A stretch of 63,987 nucleotides of DNA, the filler included, from Nemertoderma westbladi (lineage: Eukaryota; Animalia; Xenacoelomorpha), in the NCBI GenBank assembly GCA_032718475.1. It is 3 parts of 3 records of this genome, joined end to end, with 100 filler letters (N's around TTAATTAATTAA, not from the genome) between each part and the next. Parts side by side here need not be neighbours in the genome. Positions count along the whole stretch, not along the records: positions 20,629 to 46,017 come from JAUCBJ010001390.1; 2 more parts are not named here. One strand, given 5' to 3'. The position numbers and the translations under genes were made by a program. Numbering within the stretch: the stretch's first letter is position 1; every line of letters begins with the position of its first letter. This document shows, piece by piece, positions 25,501-36,714 of the stretch. The notes below the pieces were generated by a model. The model did not search any database and was not told the DNA's origin. It worked only from the letters and a program-made list of their open reading frames with translations.

Positions 25501-27347
25501 TAATAGTTGTTTCTTTGCGACATTCGGAGTTCAACCAAGGTTTACTGTGTTCCAGCTCTTGTCTACTATTGTGTGTTGTAGAGAGATGTTTGCTAGTAGA
25601 TTTCTCCAATAGTTGTTTCTTTGCGACATTCGGAGTTGAACAAAGGTTTACTGTGTTCCAGTTCTTGTCTACTATTGTGTGTTTTAGAGAGATGTTTTCA
25701 GGTGGATTTCTCTAATAGTTGTTTCTTTGCGACATTTGGAGTTGAACCAAGGTTTACTGTGTTCCAGCTCTTGTCTACTATTGTGTGTTTTAGAGAGATG
25801 TTTTCAGGTAGATTTCTTTAATAGTTGTTTCTTTGCGACATTCGGAGTTGAACCAATGTTTACTGTTTTCCAGCTCTTGTCTACTATTGTGTGTAGAGAG
25901 ATGTTTGCTAGTAGATTTCTCTAATAGATGTTTCTTTGCGACATTCGGAGTTCAAACAAGGTTTACTGTGTTCCAGCTCTTGTCTACTATTGTGTGTTGT
26001 AGAGAGATGTTTGCTAGTAGATTTCTCCAATAGTTGTTTCTTTGCGACATTCGGAGTTGAACAAAGGTTTACTGTGTTCCAGTTCTTGTCTACTATTGTG
26101 TGTTTTAGAGAGATGTTTTCAGGTAGATTTCTCTAATAGTTATTTCTTTGCGACATTTGGAGTTGAACCAAGGTTTACTGTGTTCCAGCTCTTGTCTACT
26201 ATTGTGTGTTGTAGAGAGATGTTTGCTAGTAGATTTTTCTAATAGTTGTTTCTTTGCGACATTCGGAGTTGAACCAAGGTTTACTGTGTTCCAGCTCTTG
26301 TCTACTATTGCGTGTTGTAGAGAGATGTTTGCTAGTAGATTTCTCTAATAGTTGTTTCTTTGCGACATTCGGAGTTGAACCAAGCTTTACTGTGTTCCAT
26401 CTCTTGTCTACTATTGTGTGTTTTAGAGAGATGTTTGCTTGTAGATTTCTCTAATAGTTGTTTCTTTGCGACATTCGGAGTTGAACCAAGATTTACTGTG
26501 TTCCATCTCTTGTCTACTATTGTGTGTTTTAGAGAGATGTTTGCTAGTAGATTTCTCCAATAGTTGTTTCTTTGCGACATTCGGAGTTGAACAAAGGTTT
26601 ACTGTGTTCCAGTTCTTGTCTACTATTGTGTGTTTTAGAGAGATGTTTGCTAGTAGATTTCTCTAATAGTTGTTTCTTTGCGACATTCGGAGTTGAACCA
26701 ATGTTTACTGTTTTCCAGCTCTTGTCTACTATTGTGTGTAGAGAGATGTTTGCTAGTAAATTTCTCTAATAGTTGTTTCTTTGCGACATTCGGAGTTGAA
26801 CCAAGGTTTACTGTGTTCCAGCTCTTGCCTACTATTGTGTGTAGAGAGATGTTTGCAGGTAGGTTTCTCTAATAGTTGTTTCTTTGCGACATTCGGAGTT
26901 CAACCAAGGTTTACTGTGTTCCAGCTCTTGTCTACTATTGTGTGTTGTAGAGAGATGTTTGCTAGTAGATTTCTCTAATAGTTATTTCTTTGCGACATTC
27001 GGAGTTGAACCAAGGTTTACTGTGTCCCTTCTCTTGTCCACTATTGTGTGTTTTAGAGAGATGTTTGCTAGTAGATTTCTCTAATAGTTGTTTCTTTGCG
27101 ACATTCGGAGTTGAACCAATGTTTACTGTTTTCCAACTCTTATCTACTATTGTGTGTAGAGAGATGTTTGCTAGTAGATTTCTCTAATAGTTGTTTCTTT
27201 GCGACATTCGGAGTTGAACCAAGGTTTACTGTGTTCCAGCTCTTGTCTACTATTGTGTGTTGTAAAGAGATGTTTACTAGTAGATTTCTCGAATAGTTGT
27301 TTCTTTGCGACATTCGGAGTTGAACCAATGTTTACTGTTTTCCAGCT
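22597..27347. repeat. 103-106-bp tandem satellite with higher-order structure (also 20629-20738 and 32195-32525)
   Basis: Unit GCGACATTCGGAGTTGAACCAAGGTTTACTGTGTTCCAGCTCTTGTCTACTATTGTGTG(TTG)TAGAGAGATGTTTGCTAGTAGATTTCTCTAATAGTTGTTTCTTT. An 836-bp block is duplicated (identical ORFs at 23112/23948 and 23424/24260). Confidence 0.97.
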
Positions 27348-28071
27348 TGAACTTGAACATTAATAATTCCAATAAAATATGGTACGACAGACCCAGCACC
27401 AGCACGATAGCAAACGCGAAATAAAGTAATATAGATACATTTAATTATTGGGTGAGGATCCGAATTCGAATGAAATCCACATAGTAGCAAGTGCCACTAG
27501 TTCGTGGATTTCATGCAAATACTCGAAATTTGAGTTGGACTGCGCCGCGTCCATGATATTTGTATGGAAAATGAGTAAAAATAATCTACTCACATGTACA
27601 AGATATTTTTAAGTGAAAGATTACTGCACAAAAGAAGCACACCAAGAAAGACAAAGCAAGAGAAATAGCATAGAAGGTAAAGCGAAAAAAAATTAATCTT
27701 ATGAGAATTGAAAAGCGAAGACCACCGTGAATTTTCTGATTCCAATGTTTATTCAAAGTGTGTGTACCAAATTTGTTATTTCTATAAGTTATTACAGTAA
27801 TAATATCAAATAATATCAATTATTACAACCTAGGAAACGAGAAATCATATTATAATTTTTAACAAAAAATAAAATAAATAAATAAAATGCGATCATCACA
27901 AAGAATGGACCATTAGGAAAGGGAAATAAGAGTTGATTAATTTTTACATATTAGTATAATTTTTATTAATATTTATAAACAATTGTTTATTTAATTGTTA
28001 TTTATAACATTAGCTGCTATGCTAGCTAGGAAATTAATGCTAATTAATATTAATATTAATAATTAATACTA

Positions 28072-28948
28072 ATGGCTGACCCAGATTCGTTTGCCAGGGC
28101 GGAGACCGACCTTCGGGCTCTGTTCTGTGCAATAAAAAAAGAAGAAAAGTGTATCAACCGACGACGAGAACCAGCTAGGAGACATGCTCGCACGGATCAA
28201 TGCTCAGTATCGAGAATCTCAGTACGACTACAGGGCTGCACTGTCAGACTTAGCAGAGTCGCGAAAGGAAACTGCAATAGCGCGAAAAGAAACAATAGAG
28301 GCAAAGGACGATCTGTTAAAGCACCTCCAGTCGGAGAGTTCTCGACAACGGAACTCGAACTCGAACTCCCGCTCATTTGCATCGGTAGTCCGGGGAACTG
28401 GTTACGCGGCCTCAACCGGAAATGCTTACCGCTCCGTCAACGAAAATCCGGCAATGAACTCCATATCGAGACCCGACAGTAACTCCCATACAGGAAGCGG
28501 CGGCGGTTCGGCATCAATGAACCACCCGACAGACTATAGGAGGCCTGCGCCGGTACGGGGTTGTCGGTCTGGTGGCCCTCTCCGTGTTGTAAAGGGAAAC
28601 GAGGATCAAAACGGCAAGAAGGCGCACGTTTACATTGGGCGGTTGGACCCAAACACTACGGAGGATGAGATTAAAGATTTCCTTGAAGGAGAAAGTCTGA
28701 ATATTGATGATGTCCATGCTCTCCCGCTGAAAGATGGGAACTCGCCATTTAGGGGATTCCATATTACGTGCAAACAAGCGGACCGTGATCGCATTATGGA
28801 CCCCAACCTATGGGAGTCAGGTATAGTAATTCGGGACTATTTCCTTACCAACACTGAGCGGCAGGCACTCGGCTTGCGGATGAGACAGCCAAGCCGCCGC
28901 ACAACCGCAACTGCAGACAGTGAGACAAATCATGGCCAGTCTGATTGA
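28072..28948 (+). CDS. LINE ORF1: coiled coil plus RRM-like domain; probable frameshift near the A-run at ~28134
   Basis: HVYIGRLDPNTTEDEIKDFL...FHITC...IMDPNLWESGIVIRDY is a typical RRM-type ORF1 C-terminus (frame 28184-28948). The ATG at 28072 is in another frame. Confidence 0.75.
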
Positions 28949-31738
28949 CATGAGGATTCTGGTGAGTGCTCTTTTGTTGTCTCTTTTTGGAATATTGAAG
29001 GTTTAAACACGATACTACTTTTGTCTCACGAAAAGCCGATTTTTGTGCAATCCGATGTTATTTTACTAGCAGAAACTCTATATTGGGATGGTCCAACATG
29101 TATACCAGGCTTCTATACCTATGATTATCCGGCAGTAAAACCAGAAAGAGGTAGACTGTATGGAGGTTTAACTATTGCAATTAAACCTGAGCTTGAACCT
29201 AAACTAATTCAATCGTGTAAAGAATTCATTATGGTATCCTCGAACGAGGGTATATTTGTGACTTGTTATTTTCCTCCAACTACAAGTTTAACTGATTTCA
29301 TAGATGGTGTTTTATATATTTTCGATGCTATTCCAATGAACTTTGATGGGTCTGTAACCATAGGTGGTGATTTTAATGCGAGACAAGATATTGAGCCTAC
29401 TTCCAAAGCTCTGGCTCTTGAAATCCTGATGGAGGACTTCAATCTAGTTATGCAAAACGACCCATCTGAGCCCACATATGTTTGTAATGGATCGTCAGTA
29501 ATCGATTTGATTTTTGCAAGTAAACAGTCAATCAATATAAGTGTAAGGCCTGATGACATTCGTAAACATTGTATTATTAGTTCAGTTTGGAAGCGGGAGA
29601 CAGGAAGGCAGCCTACAAACGGGGCCCAATCTGTTCCTCATTCGCGTAAAGTAGATACTGATAAGCTTCTGCAAGATGGGCGACTAGAAACTATCAATGA
29701 TTTTCTTATGGATAAGAACGTCGACGACGCCTACGACCTTTTAGTTGAATCCATCATCGACTCATCTCCTAAAATTACGGTAAAAAGTAAGTTCTCAAAG
29801 AGATGGTTTGATAAAGAATGCTACAATAAGCGCAAAGATGTTTTACTATTAAGCCATGCAGTCAAAAATGATTCATCATTACTAGACCAGCTCCGCGTTC
29901 AAAAACAGCAGTACAAAGACCTTTTAAAATGTAAACAGAAGAGTTATTCGCTGCTAAAAGAAGAAAAGCTCATACAAGAAGCCGAGGAGAAACCATATCT
30001 ATGGGCTAAGAAGAAGAACCAAGAACAAAGTTATCCAATTGATTTAAAGACTTGGGAAACACATTTTGAGAATATCTACAATCCCGAAGGTGAAACTTCA
30101 TTAAGCGAAGATAGCGAAAGTGAAGCTGAGGCTGAATGTGTTGAAGAACCTCCCTTCTCTATGGAAGAGGTAGAAGAAATAATAAAGGGGAAACCAAGTA
30201 ATAAATCGGGTGGTCCAGATAAAGTATATTATGAGTCATTAAAATCGTCATTACCAGTAACTCTCCTTCTAGTGACAACTTTGTTAAATGTCTGTTTACA
30301 AACAGGTACCCTAGTAAATAAATGGAAGAACAGTGTAATTAAGGTATTATATAAAAACAAAGGCTCAAGATCGGATCCTGATTGCTATCGTGGAATTGCA
30401 CTTTTGTACAATATGTTTAAGATATTCACCAGTTTAGTAGAGAAGCGTTTGCGTTTACGAGTGTCTAATAAGCTGCCATCAGAACAATATGGATTTATGC
30501 CCGGCAAGTCGACTATAATGGCATTAACCAAGTTCATTAAAGATATTCAATCTAAACTGTCTCGACCAAGATCACCATTATATGCAGTTTACGTTGACTT
30601 TCGTAAAGCTTTTGACAGTGTACCGCGTAAGTTACTTCTGTACAAGCTCTATTATCATTTCAATATTCGTGGAAGCCTCTACAGAATAATTAAAGCCATT
30701 TTGTCAACAAATTTTATTAGAATATATGATGGACTGCGGTTATCTAAGATTATAGCCCAGATACGGGGATTGGCACAGGGTGAATGTCTCAGTCCTTTAT
30801 TGTTTGTGATTTTCATTTCTGATATTGTTGGTTTTGTTAGAGAAGCAGTACGGAAAATAGGCGAAGTTGTAATATTGCTGTTTGCTGATGACCTTTTATT
30901 TTACGCCCATACTAGAGAAGAAATTCAAGCCGCATTAGACGCCCTTTGGGATTGGACACAAGCAAATGGTCTTGAAGTTAATTTGGATAAAACTGCTATT
31001 ATGAAGTTTCGACGAGGTGGGAAGTTGTGTCTAAACGATAAATTTTACTTAAATGGAAAACTAGTCAAAATAGTAAATAACTACAAGTATCTTGGAATGA
31101 TTTTTCAACCGTCCCTATCGTTTACCAAACATTGTGTTGCAGTCACTTGTAAATATTTAAAAGCAATCCATTCCATACACGATCCGCACTTATTGTCAGT
31201 ATCGACAGCTATGCGCTTATTTTCTATTAAGATTGTGCCGGTCATAACATATGGTTTACGAGTAATATGGCCCCATTTGAAATCCAGTGATATGGAAACT
31301 TTAGATAAAATTAAAACAGTCTATCTGAAGAAGACTCTATCAGTTTCAAAATTTAATAAAAATCGCCTAGTCTACGCATTGGCTCAGGAACCTCCGTTGA
31401 CACTGGAATTGGTGGACAAGTTAAATCTTCCACTCACAACAGAGTTTAATATCTATCACAGTAATATTAATGAAAAACTAGACGACATCCAAAGTGAATT
31501 TTGGTCTTTAGGACTCCACTCTGATCGAAGTTGGGCGAACTCGAACCAAAAGTCTCGACAAATTCTCTCACGTTTAGCAATGCACGGATACCATCACCAT
31601 ATTTGCTCGACAGGGCGTTTTCACGAAGCCTCTAGTAGTTGCTGTTGTAGACTCTGTGGCGAGCCTGCGTCGCAGTACCATCTCATATCTTGTAGAGCGA
31701 ACTCTAAAAGTTTATATTATTACAGCAATCTTAATTAA
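28949..31738 (+). CDS. LINE ORF2: AP endonuclease, reverse transcriptase, C-terminal CCHC
   Basis: SFWNIEG, LAET, GGDFNAR and SVIDLIF (APE); YRGIALL, QYGF, VDFRKAFDSV, GLAQGECLSPLLF and LFADD (RT); CRLC...H...C tail. Uninterrupted frame. Confidence 0.95.
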   Translation, partial: HEDSGECSFVVSFWNIEGLNTILLLSHEKPIFVQSDVILLAETLYWDGPTCIPGFYTYDYPAVKPERGRLYGGLTIAIKPELEPKLIQSCKEFIMVSSNEGIFVTCYFPPTTSLTDFIDGVLYIFDAIPMNFDGSVTIGGDFNARQDIEPTSKALALEILMEDFNLVMQNDPSEPTYVCNGSSVIDLIFASKQSINISVRPDDIRKHCIISSVWKRETGRQPTNGAQSVPHSRKVDTDKLLQDGRLETINDFLMDKNVDDAYDLLVESIIDSSPKITVKSKFSKRWFDKECYNKRKDVLLLSHAVKNDSSLLDQLRVQKQQYKDLLKCKQKSYSLLKEEKLIQEAEEKPYLWAKKKNQEQSYPIDLKTWETHFENIYNPEGETSLSEDSESEAEAECVEEPPFSMEEVEEIIKGKPSNKSGGPDKVYYESLKSSLPVTLLLVTTLLNVCLQTGTLVNKWKNSVIKVLYKNKGSRSDPDCYRGIALLYNMFKIFTSLVEKRLRLRVSNKLPSEQYGFMPGKSTIMALTKFIKDIQSKLSRPRSPLYAVYVDFRKAFDSVPRKLLLYKLYYHFNIRGSLYRIIKAILSTNFIRIYDGLRLSKIIAQIRGLAQGECLSPLLFVIFISDIVGFVREAVRKIGEVVILLFADDLLFYAHTREEIQAALDALWDWTQANGLEVNLDKTAIMKFRRGGKLCLNDKFYLNGKLVKIVNNYKYLGMIFQPSLSFTKHCVAVTCKYLKAIHSIHDPHLLSVSTAMRLFSIKIVPVITYGLRVIWPHLKSSDMETLDKIKTVYLKKTLSVSKFNKNRLVYALAQEPPLTLELVDKLNLPLTTEFNIYHSNINEKLDDIQSEFWSLGLHSDRSWANSNQKSRQILSRLAMHGYHHHICSTGRFHEASSSCCCRLCGEPASQYHLISCRANSKSLYYYSNLN

Positions 31739-32700
31739 TCGTGCGTAATCTCTTCGTAATACCATATGCATATGTGAAATTTTGTACATTGTTTTTACTG
31801 TACCAATATTTTTGGTTTAATAAATTATATTATAAACAATTGTAATATTAATTAAGCGTTTTCCAGGAGGTATTTTTTTAAAAGTTTAGTAAATGTATGT
31901 TTTGATTTGGAAGCCCGAATATTTTCGGGCAGGTCATTCCAAATTTTGACTCCCTGAAATTTAAATGAGCGGTGCGCGACTAAGAGACGGACATTGGGGA
32001 AATAGTAATTTTTTGATGTTGTCGCTCTCGTGTTATATGTGTGGATTTCTGAGACCTTAGAAAATAAATTTGACAGATTAGATTTGTCGAGATTGTTGGA
32101 TATATCAAACATTGCCGAAGCTACTTGCTGTATGTACAGCTTTTCAATTGGAAGAATTCCTAGCTCTTTGTAGACTGGAGTTGCCGAGGATCGGCAGCTC
32201 TTGTCTACTATTGTGTGTTGTAGAGAGATGTTTGCTAGTAGATTTCTATAATAGTTGTTTCTTTGCGACATTCGGAGTTGAACCAAGGTTTACTGTGTTC
32301 CAGCTCTTGTCTACTGTTGTGTGTTGTAGAGAGATGTTTGCTAGTAGATTTCTCTAATAGTTGTTTCTATGCGACATTCGGAGTTGAACCAAGGTTTACT
32401 GTGTTACAGCTCTTGTCTACTGTTGTGTGTTGTAGAGAGATGTTTGCTAGTAGATTTCTCTAATAGTTGTTTCTTTGCGACATTCGGAGTTGAACCAAAG
32501 TTTACTGTGTTCCAGCTCTTGTCTATCGACCGAACTATAGAGGAACCGGAACCGAACATGGCAATTTTTAAATTTTGATTGTGTTGAATTGTCTATGATT
32601 TTTGTAAGTGTTATTGTTCAATTATTACATTACTTATTATCTTGTTATGATTTGAATCAATATTTTCCATTATTAATCCACTCCATTACTTTCTATATAG

Positions 32701-33182
32701 GCGACCAATCACAACCATTCCCTGATGATTCAGACATGCTCATTTCCGACGCCGACGATGACGTAACACCCAGAAGTATAAATAATTCCTTCGACCAACC
32801 TGGTCCCTCTCCCTCTGGGATTCAACCCCAGGACATTGTGAAAGGAAACCGCTCCAATGAGAAGCCCTTCAGCTGTGATACTTGTGGTAAGACGTTCGCA
32901 TGGAACTGTCGCCTAATTGCGACAATAACCACATGCGACATCTGCAACAAACGTTTCTCTCACCTGTGCAACCTAATCTCGCACAAGCGGACGCATTCCG
33001 GAGAGCGACCGTTCGTGTGCGACACGTGCGGAAAGGGATTTACAGTGAGCGGCAATCTAAACGCTCACAAGAGATTACATACAGGGGAACGACCGTTTAG
33101 CTGCGATACATGCGGTAAATGTTTCTCCCACCGACATCAAGTATCGAGCCACAAATGTATCCGCAGTGAGGAGACTCAGTAA
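32701..33182 (+). CDS. Terminal exon of a C2H2 zinc-finger gene (paralog 1, first finger damaged)
   Basis: Acceptor TAG at 32698-32700; CxxC...HxxxH fingers with SGERPF/TGERPF linkers. Finger 1 lacks its His pair. Intron end and 3' UTR closely match 40990-41655. Confidence 0.75.
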
Positions 33183-33556
33183 CTGTAATGTTTGTAAGAA
33201 ACGTTTATCCACTTCCGGTGATATTGTTGGACACAGATAAACTAAAATTCTGTATGTAGTTAGTTGTAGATTATGATAATTAAATTTAAAAACAGTTAGA
33301 TTATCAGAAGAAATTTAAAGAACCAAATATTTACATTAACAACATTATAACATTATATTATCGCGAAGTGTGAAATGGATGTGGGGAAAGTTGGATATAT
33401 GTAAATCAAATTGATTCCTGATCATTGATAGTAACAATGTGTTGGTTGGCAAGCTGTATTTATCGAGGTGTTTGTTATTATACATTTATTATAGGAAGGG
33501 ATCTAGGGGTCTTAACCTCGAATGATAAGTTTATTTTACCGAAAACAACAAGAACC

Positions 33557-33612
33557 TGTGGCCTAGTGGTTGTAGTCTCGGCTTCCACCTCGAGGTCCCA
33601 AGTTCGAATCCG
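33557..33612 (+). promoter_or_regulatory. tRNA-like head with Pol III A and B boxes (also 33973-34028, partial from 34389)
   Basis: A box TGGCCTAGTGG; anticodon-like arm CTCGG-CTTCCACC-TCGAG; B box AGTTCGAATCC. Confidence 0.75.
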
Positions 33613-33614
33613 AC

Positions 33615-33657
33615 ACCACGCTGATGAGACCCAGTAAGGTCGAAACGCGTACGTGGT
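33615..33657 (+). ncRNA. Type I hammerhead ribozyme (family A, copy 1)
   Basis: ACCACG-CTGATGA-GACC-CAGTAA-GGTC-GAAAC-GC-GTA-CGTGGT. Perfect 6-bp stem I, 4-bp stem II, palindromic minimal stem III ACGCGT; predicted cut after 33651. Confidence 0.92.
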
Positions 33658-34030
33658 TTGGAGAGATATGAGATATTAATTTCAAGAAAAATTACGCGGT
33701 TCCTAAATTTGTACACTACCCGGTTAAAAAAGTACGCATGTGATGGGATTAGTCCTACAATTGCGCCAATAAAAGATAAGTTGTTTTCGGTAAAATAAAC
33801 TTATCATTCGAGGTTAAGACCCCTAGATCCCTTCCTATAATAAATGTATAATAACAAACACCTCGATAAATACAGCTTGCCAACCAACACATTGTTACTA
33901 TCAATGATCAAAAATCAGGGGCTAATAAAATGGCAGCTGGCTTTGAAATTAATACTCCATATCTCAAGAACCTGTGGCCTAGTGGTTGTAGTCTCGGCTT
34001 CCACCTCGAGGTCCCAAGTTCGAATCCGAC

Positions 34031-34073
34031 ACCACGCTGATGAGACCCAGTAAGGTCGAAACGCGTACGTGGT
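34031..34073 (+). ncRNA. Type I hammerhead ribozyme (family A, copy 2)
   Basis: Identical to 33615-33657, 416 bp downstream. Confidence 0.92.
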
Positions 34074-35659
34074 TTGGAGAGATATGAGATATTAATTTCA
34101 AGAAAAATTACGCGGTTCCTAAATTTGTACACTACCCGGTTAAAAAAGTACGCATGTGATGGGATTAGTCCTACAATTGCGCCAATAAAAGATAAGTTGT
34201 TTTCGGTAAAATAAACTTATCATTCGAGGTTAAGACCCCTAGATCCCTTCCTATAATAAATGTATAATAACAAACACCTCGATAAATACAGCTTGCCAAC
34301 CAACACATTGTTACTATCAATGATCAAAAATCAGGGGCTAATAAAATGGCAGCTGGCTTTGAAATTAATACTCCATATCTCAAGAACCTGTGGCCTAGTG
34401 GTTGTAGTCTCGGCTTCCACCTCGAGGTCCCAAGTTCGTAAAACTGTCTCTGTTTCAAATTTTGCCATTTTATTATTACTAACAAATATTTTTAAGACGC
34501 CGTATACACGATGTTCTAGACGCAGAGTAAAAAAATAATACCTTGAATATAAAATAACATAAAATCACTTGAAAAAGGTTCAATAAAGAAAATGAAAAAT
34601 GAATATTTGTAAAGTCTTTATTTGTTCAACCAAATTTTATATATTTGGTATCTGGTGAAGCTCTTTATCAATTTTATCTCATATTACTTGACATTCTATG
34701 ATCGATATAAGTTGATGGCAATGAAACCATCAAATTCCCTTGTGCCTTTAGTACAGTTGACAGTCACTATACTTTACTACAGTACTAATACGATTATTTT
34801 TCAATTTACGCTGTCAGTCTGACTGTGCCCGGTCCGATCACCTCTAATTTCAACAACCGGTAGGGTCTAGGTACTGTATGTGGATGTACATCAGCAGTAG
34901 GCATACAGTACATGGCTTTTTGCCTTTACATGATTTTACACAAAATGCCCTTTTACATCCGAAAAGTAATGTATATGTTTTTGTACAAAAATCACATCAG
35001 GCCTTAATAATATGAAAATGGGAGACATTGTCAGGAATCCGCATGCATAAATGCCCTTTTGCCTTTTTACCGACGATTTGGCTGCAAGGCATGGATCAAC
35101 CTGAACATGCGACTAGTGAATAGACTTTGCAATTGCATTAAGGTAAACCCTAAGCAAACGTGGATACACTTTGAATATTAATTAGGGTTTGGGCCGCCAC
35201 TCGAGTGAGATGAACTGGAGCTAGGATCTGCTGAAGCCGATTAAGGACTAACGAGTTTCAGGGCCTCCACCTGCATTTGACCTACAGTACTGCAGTAACA
35301 GTACAGTGTGACTGTCTGTTTATTGTTTTGGTTAGAAACGCCCGCCTCTGTAACCTGCTCCTTTCCCTCAATTGGTAAAGATGCCGTTTATTTGTTTTGG
35401 TTAGACAAGCCTGCCTCTGTAACCTGCTCCTTTCCCTCAATTGGTTTATGGCGTGTGTTACTTATTTATGAAAAAAAAATGTTTATGAAAAAAAAATTAA
35501 AAAAGTGTTTCATAAAATAAGCGGTAGGGCCTACATATAAAAGTGTTTCACAAAATAAGTTGTAGGGCCTTAAAAGTTTTTCATACAATGGTCCCCAAAG
35601 GAGGCCCCCAAACACGTTCATCCCGCCGATTATAATTAATCAAAGGCTACCAATTAAAG

Positions 35660-36130
35660 TCATCCCAAAATAGATGAAAATTTCACCAAAAAAAATTATT
35701 TTATACCAAATTAAATAATGTGACCCCAAAAAAATTATTCAACACCAAATAAAATAAAGTCACCCCAAATAAACTTATTAATTCAAACACCAAAATAAAT
35801 TTTTCAAAACCAAAAACAATTATTCAACACCAAAACCAATTATTCGATACCAAAATAAATAAATGCTCCCCAAAACCAATTATTAGCACCAAAATAAATG
35901 ACATAACCCCCAAAATAATTACAAATTTTCCCAAAACAAATACATTTTCCCCCAAAACAAATACATTTTAGCCCAAAATAAATACTTTTTCCCCCAAAAC
36001 AAATACATTTTTGCCCAAAATAAATACATTTTCCCCCAAAACAAATACATTTTCACCCAAAATAAATACATTTTCCCCCAAAACAAATAAATTTTTGCCC
36101 AAAATAAATACATAATCCCCCAAAATAAAT
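35660..36130. repeat. ~21-bp degenerate repeats (CCCAAAA(T/C)AAATACATTTT); related inverted array at ~38290-38580
   Basis: C/A-rich array here and a G/T-rich array TTTTTGGGGGATGAATAATTG at 38290-38580; possibly subterminal repeats of TIR elements. Confidence 0.7.
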
Positions 36131-36714
36131 ACTATACTACTGCAGACAAAAACCGCAATAATTTTTATGGTCCGTTTAAATCCTTTTTTTGTCCTTTTTT
36201 TTTTATTTTTTATGTCCTCCAAAAATCTAATGTTAGGTTCCATGCTACCGGTTTCTCTACTGCTGTTCTCTCAGGCTATCAGTACCGGTATTAGTATACA
36301 GATAGCACTATTTTGCTGTATTGTATGTACAGATGTAGGTATAAAGCAGGTATTTCTGTATTTTAGTAACTGCTGTAGGCCTACTGTGTAGCCTACCATT
36401 TAAATACGGAAATGGTAGGCCTACCGGCTGACCGGTTGTGCTAATAAATTTAAAATAATTGATAGGCCAAACTTGATTGCAGGATTGTGGAAAATGTGGA
36501 TATACCTTTCACATAATTTAGGCCTATTACTGTATTAGTTTTATAATCAATAATGGATCATGTCATGACTACTGTCTGAGTAGTGTTACGGATAGCGGCA
36601 CCACTACTTCCAACAGCACAGATCAGTTCATAAACTCATACGTACTCAAAAAAACTACTTATACATGTTATACCCCGTTACCGTTTCGTTTAGTAAAGTA
36701 CCGATCATTTAGTA

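Larger units (their letters stand above)
27987..31829 (+). mobile_element. Near full-length non-LTR retrotransposon (ORF1 + APE-RT ORF2)
   Basis: 14-bp TSD TTATAAACAATTGT (27973-27986, 31830-31843); AATAAA near the 3' end; two ORFs. Confidence 0.92.
27348..32194 (-). mobile_element. 5'-truncated L2/Crack-group LINE (RT C-terminus + 3' UTR) split by a younger LINE
   Basis: 31852-32194 encodes ...HTYNTRATTSKNYYFPNVR...FKFQGVKIWNDLP...FTKLLKKYLL. The 3' UTR continues at 27986-27348 and ends in GTTCAA repeats. CAGCT flanks both junctions with the satellite. Confidence 0.75.
33419..34438 (+). mobile_element. Retrozyme-like element: 130-bp inverted segment plus 2.1 tandem 416-bp units
   Basis: Units start at 33549, 33965 and 34381 and look identical by eye; 33419-33549 is the reverse complement of 33778-33908. 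Confidence 0.92.

Noticed and set aside
33557-33620. Functional tRNA gene
   Set aside because: The acceptor and T stems do not pair properly and the anticodon loop has 8 nt; better read as a SINE-like head.
35190-35285. GC-rich segment considered as an HDV-like ribozyme
   Set aside because: The P1 and P3 partner strands could not be found.
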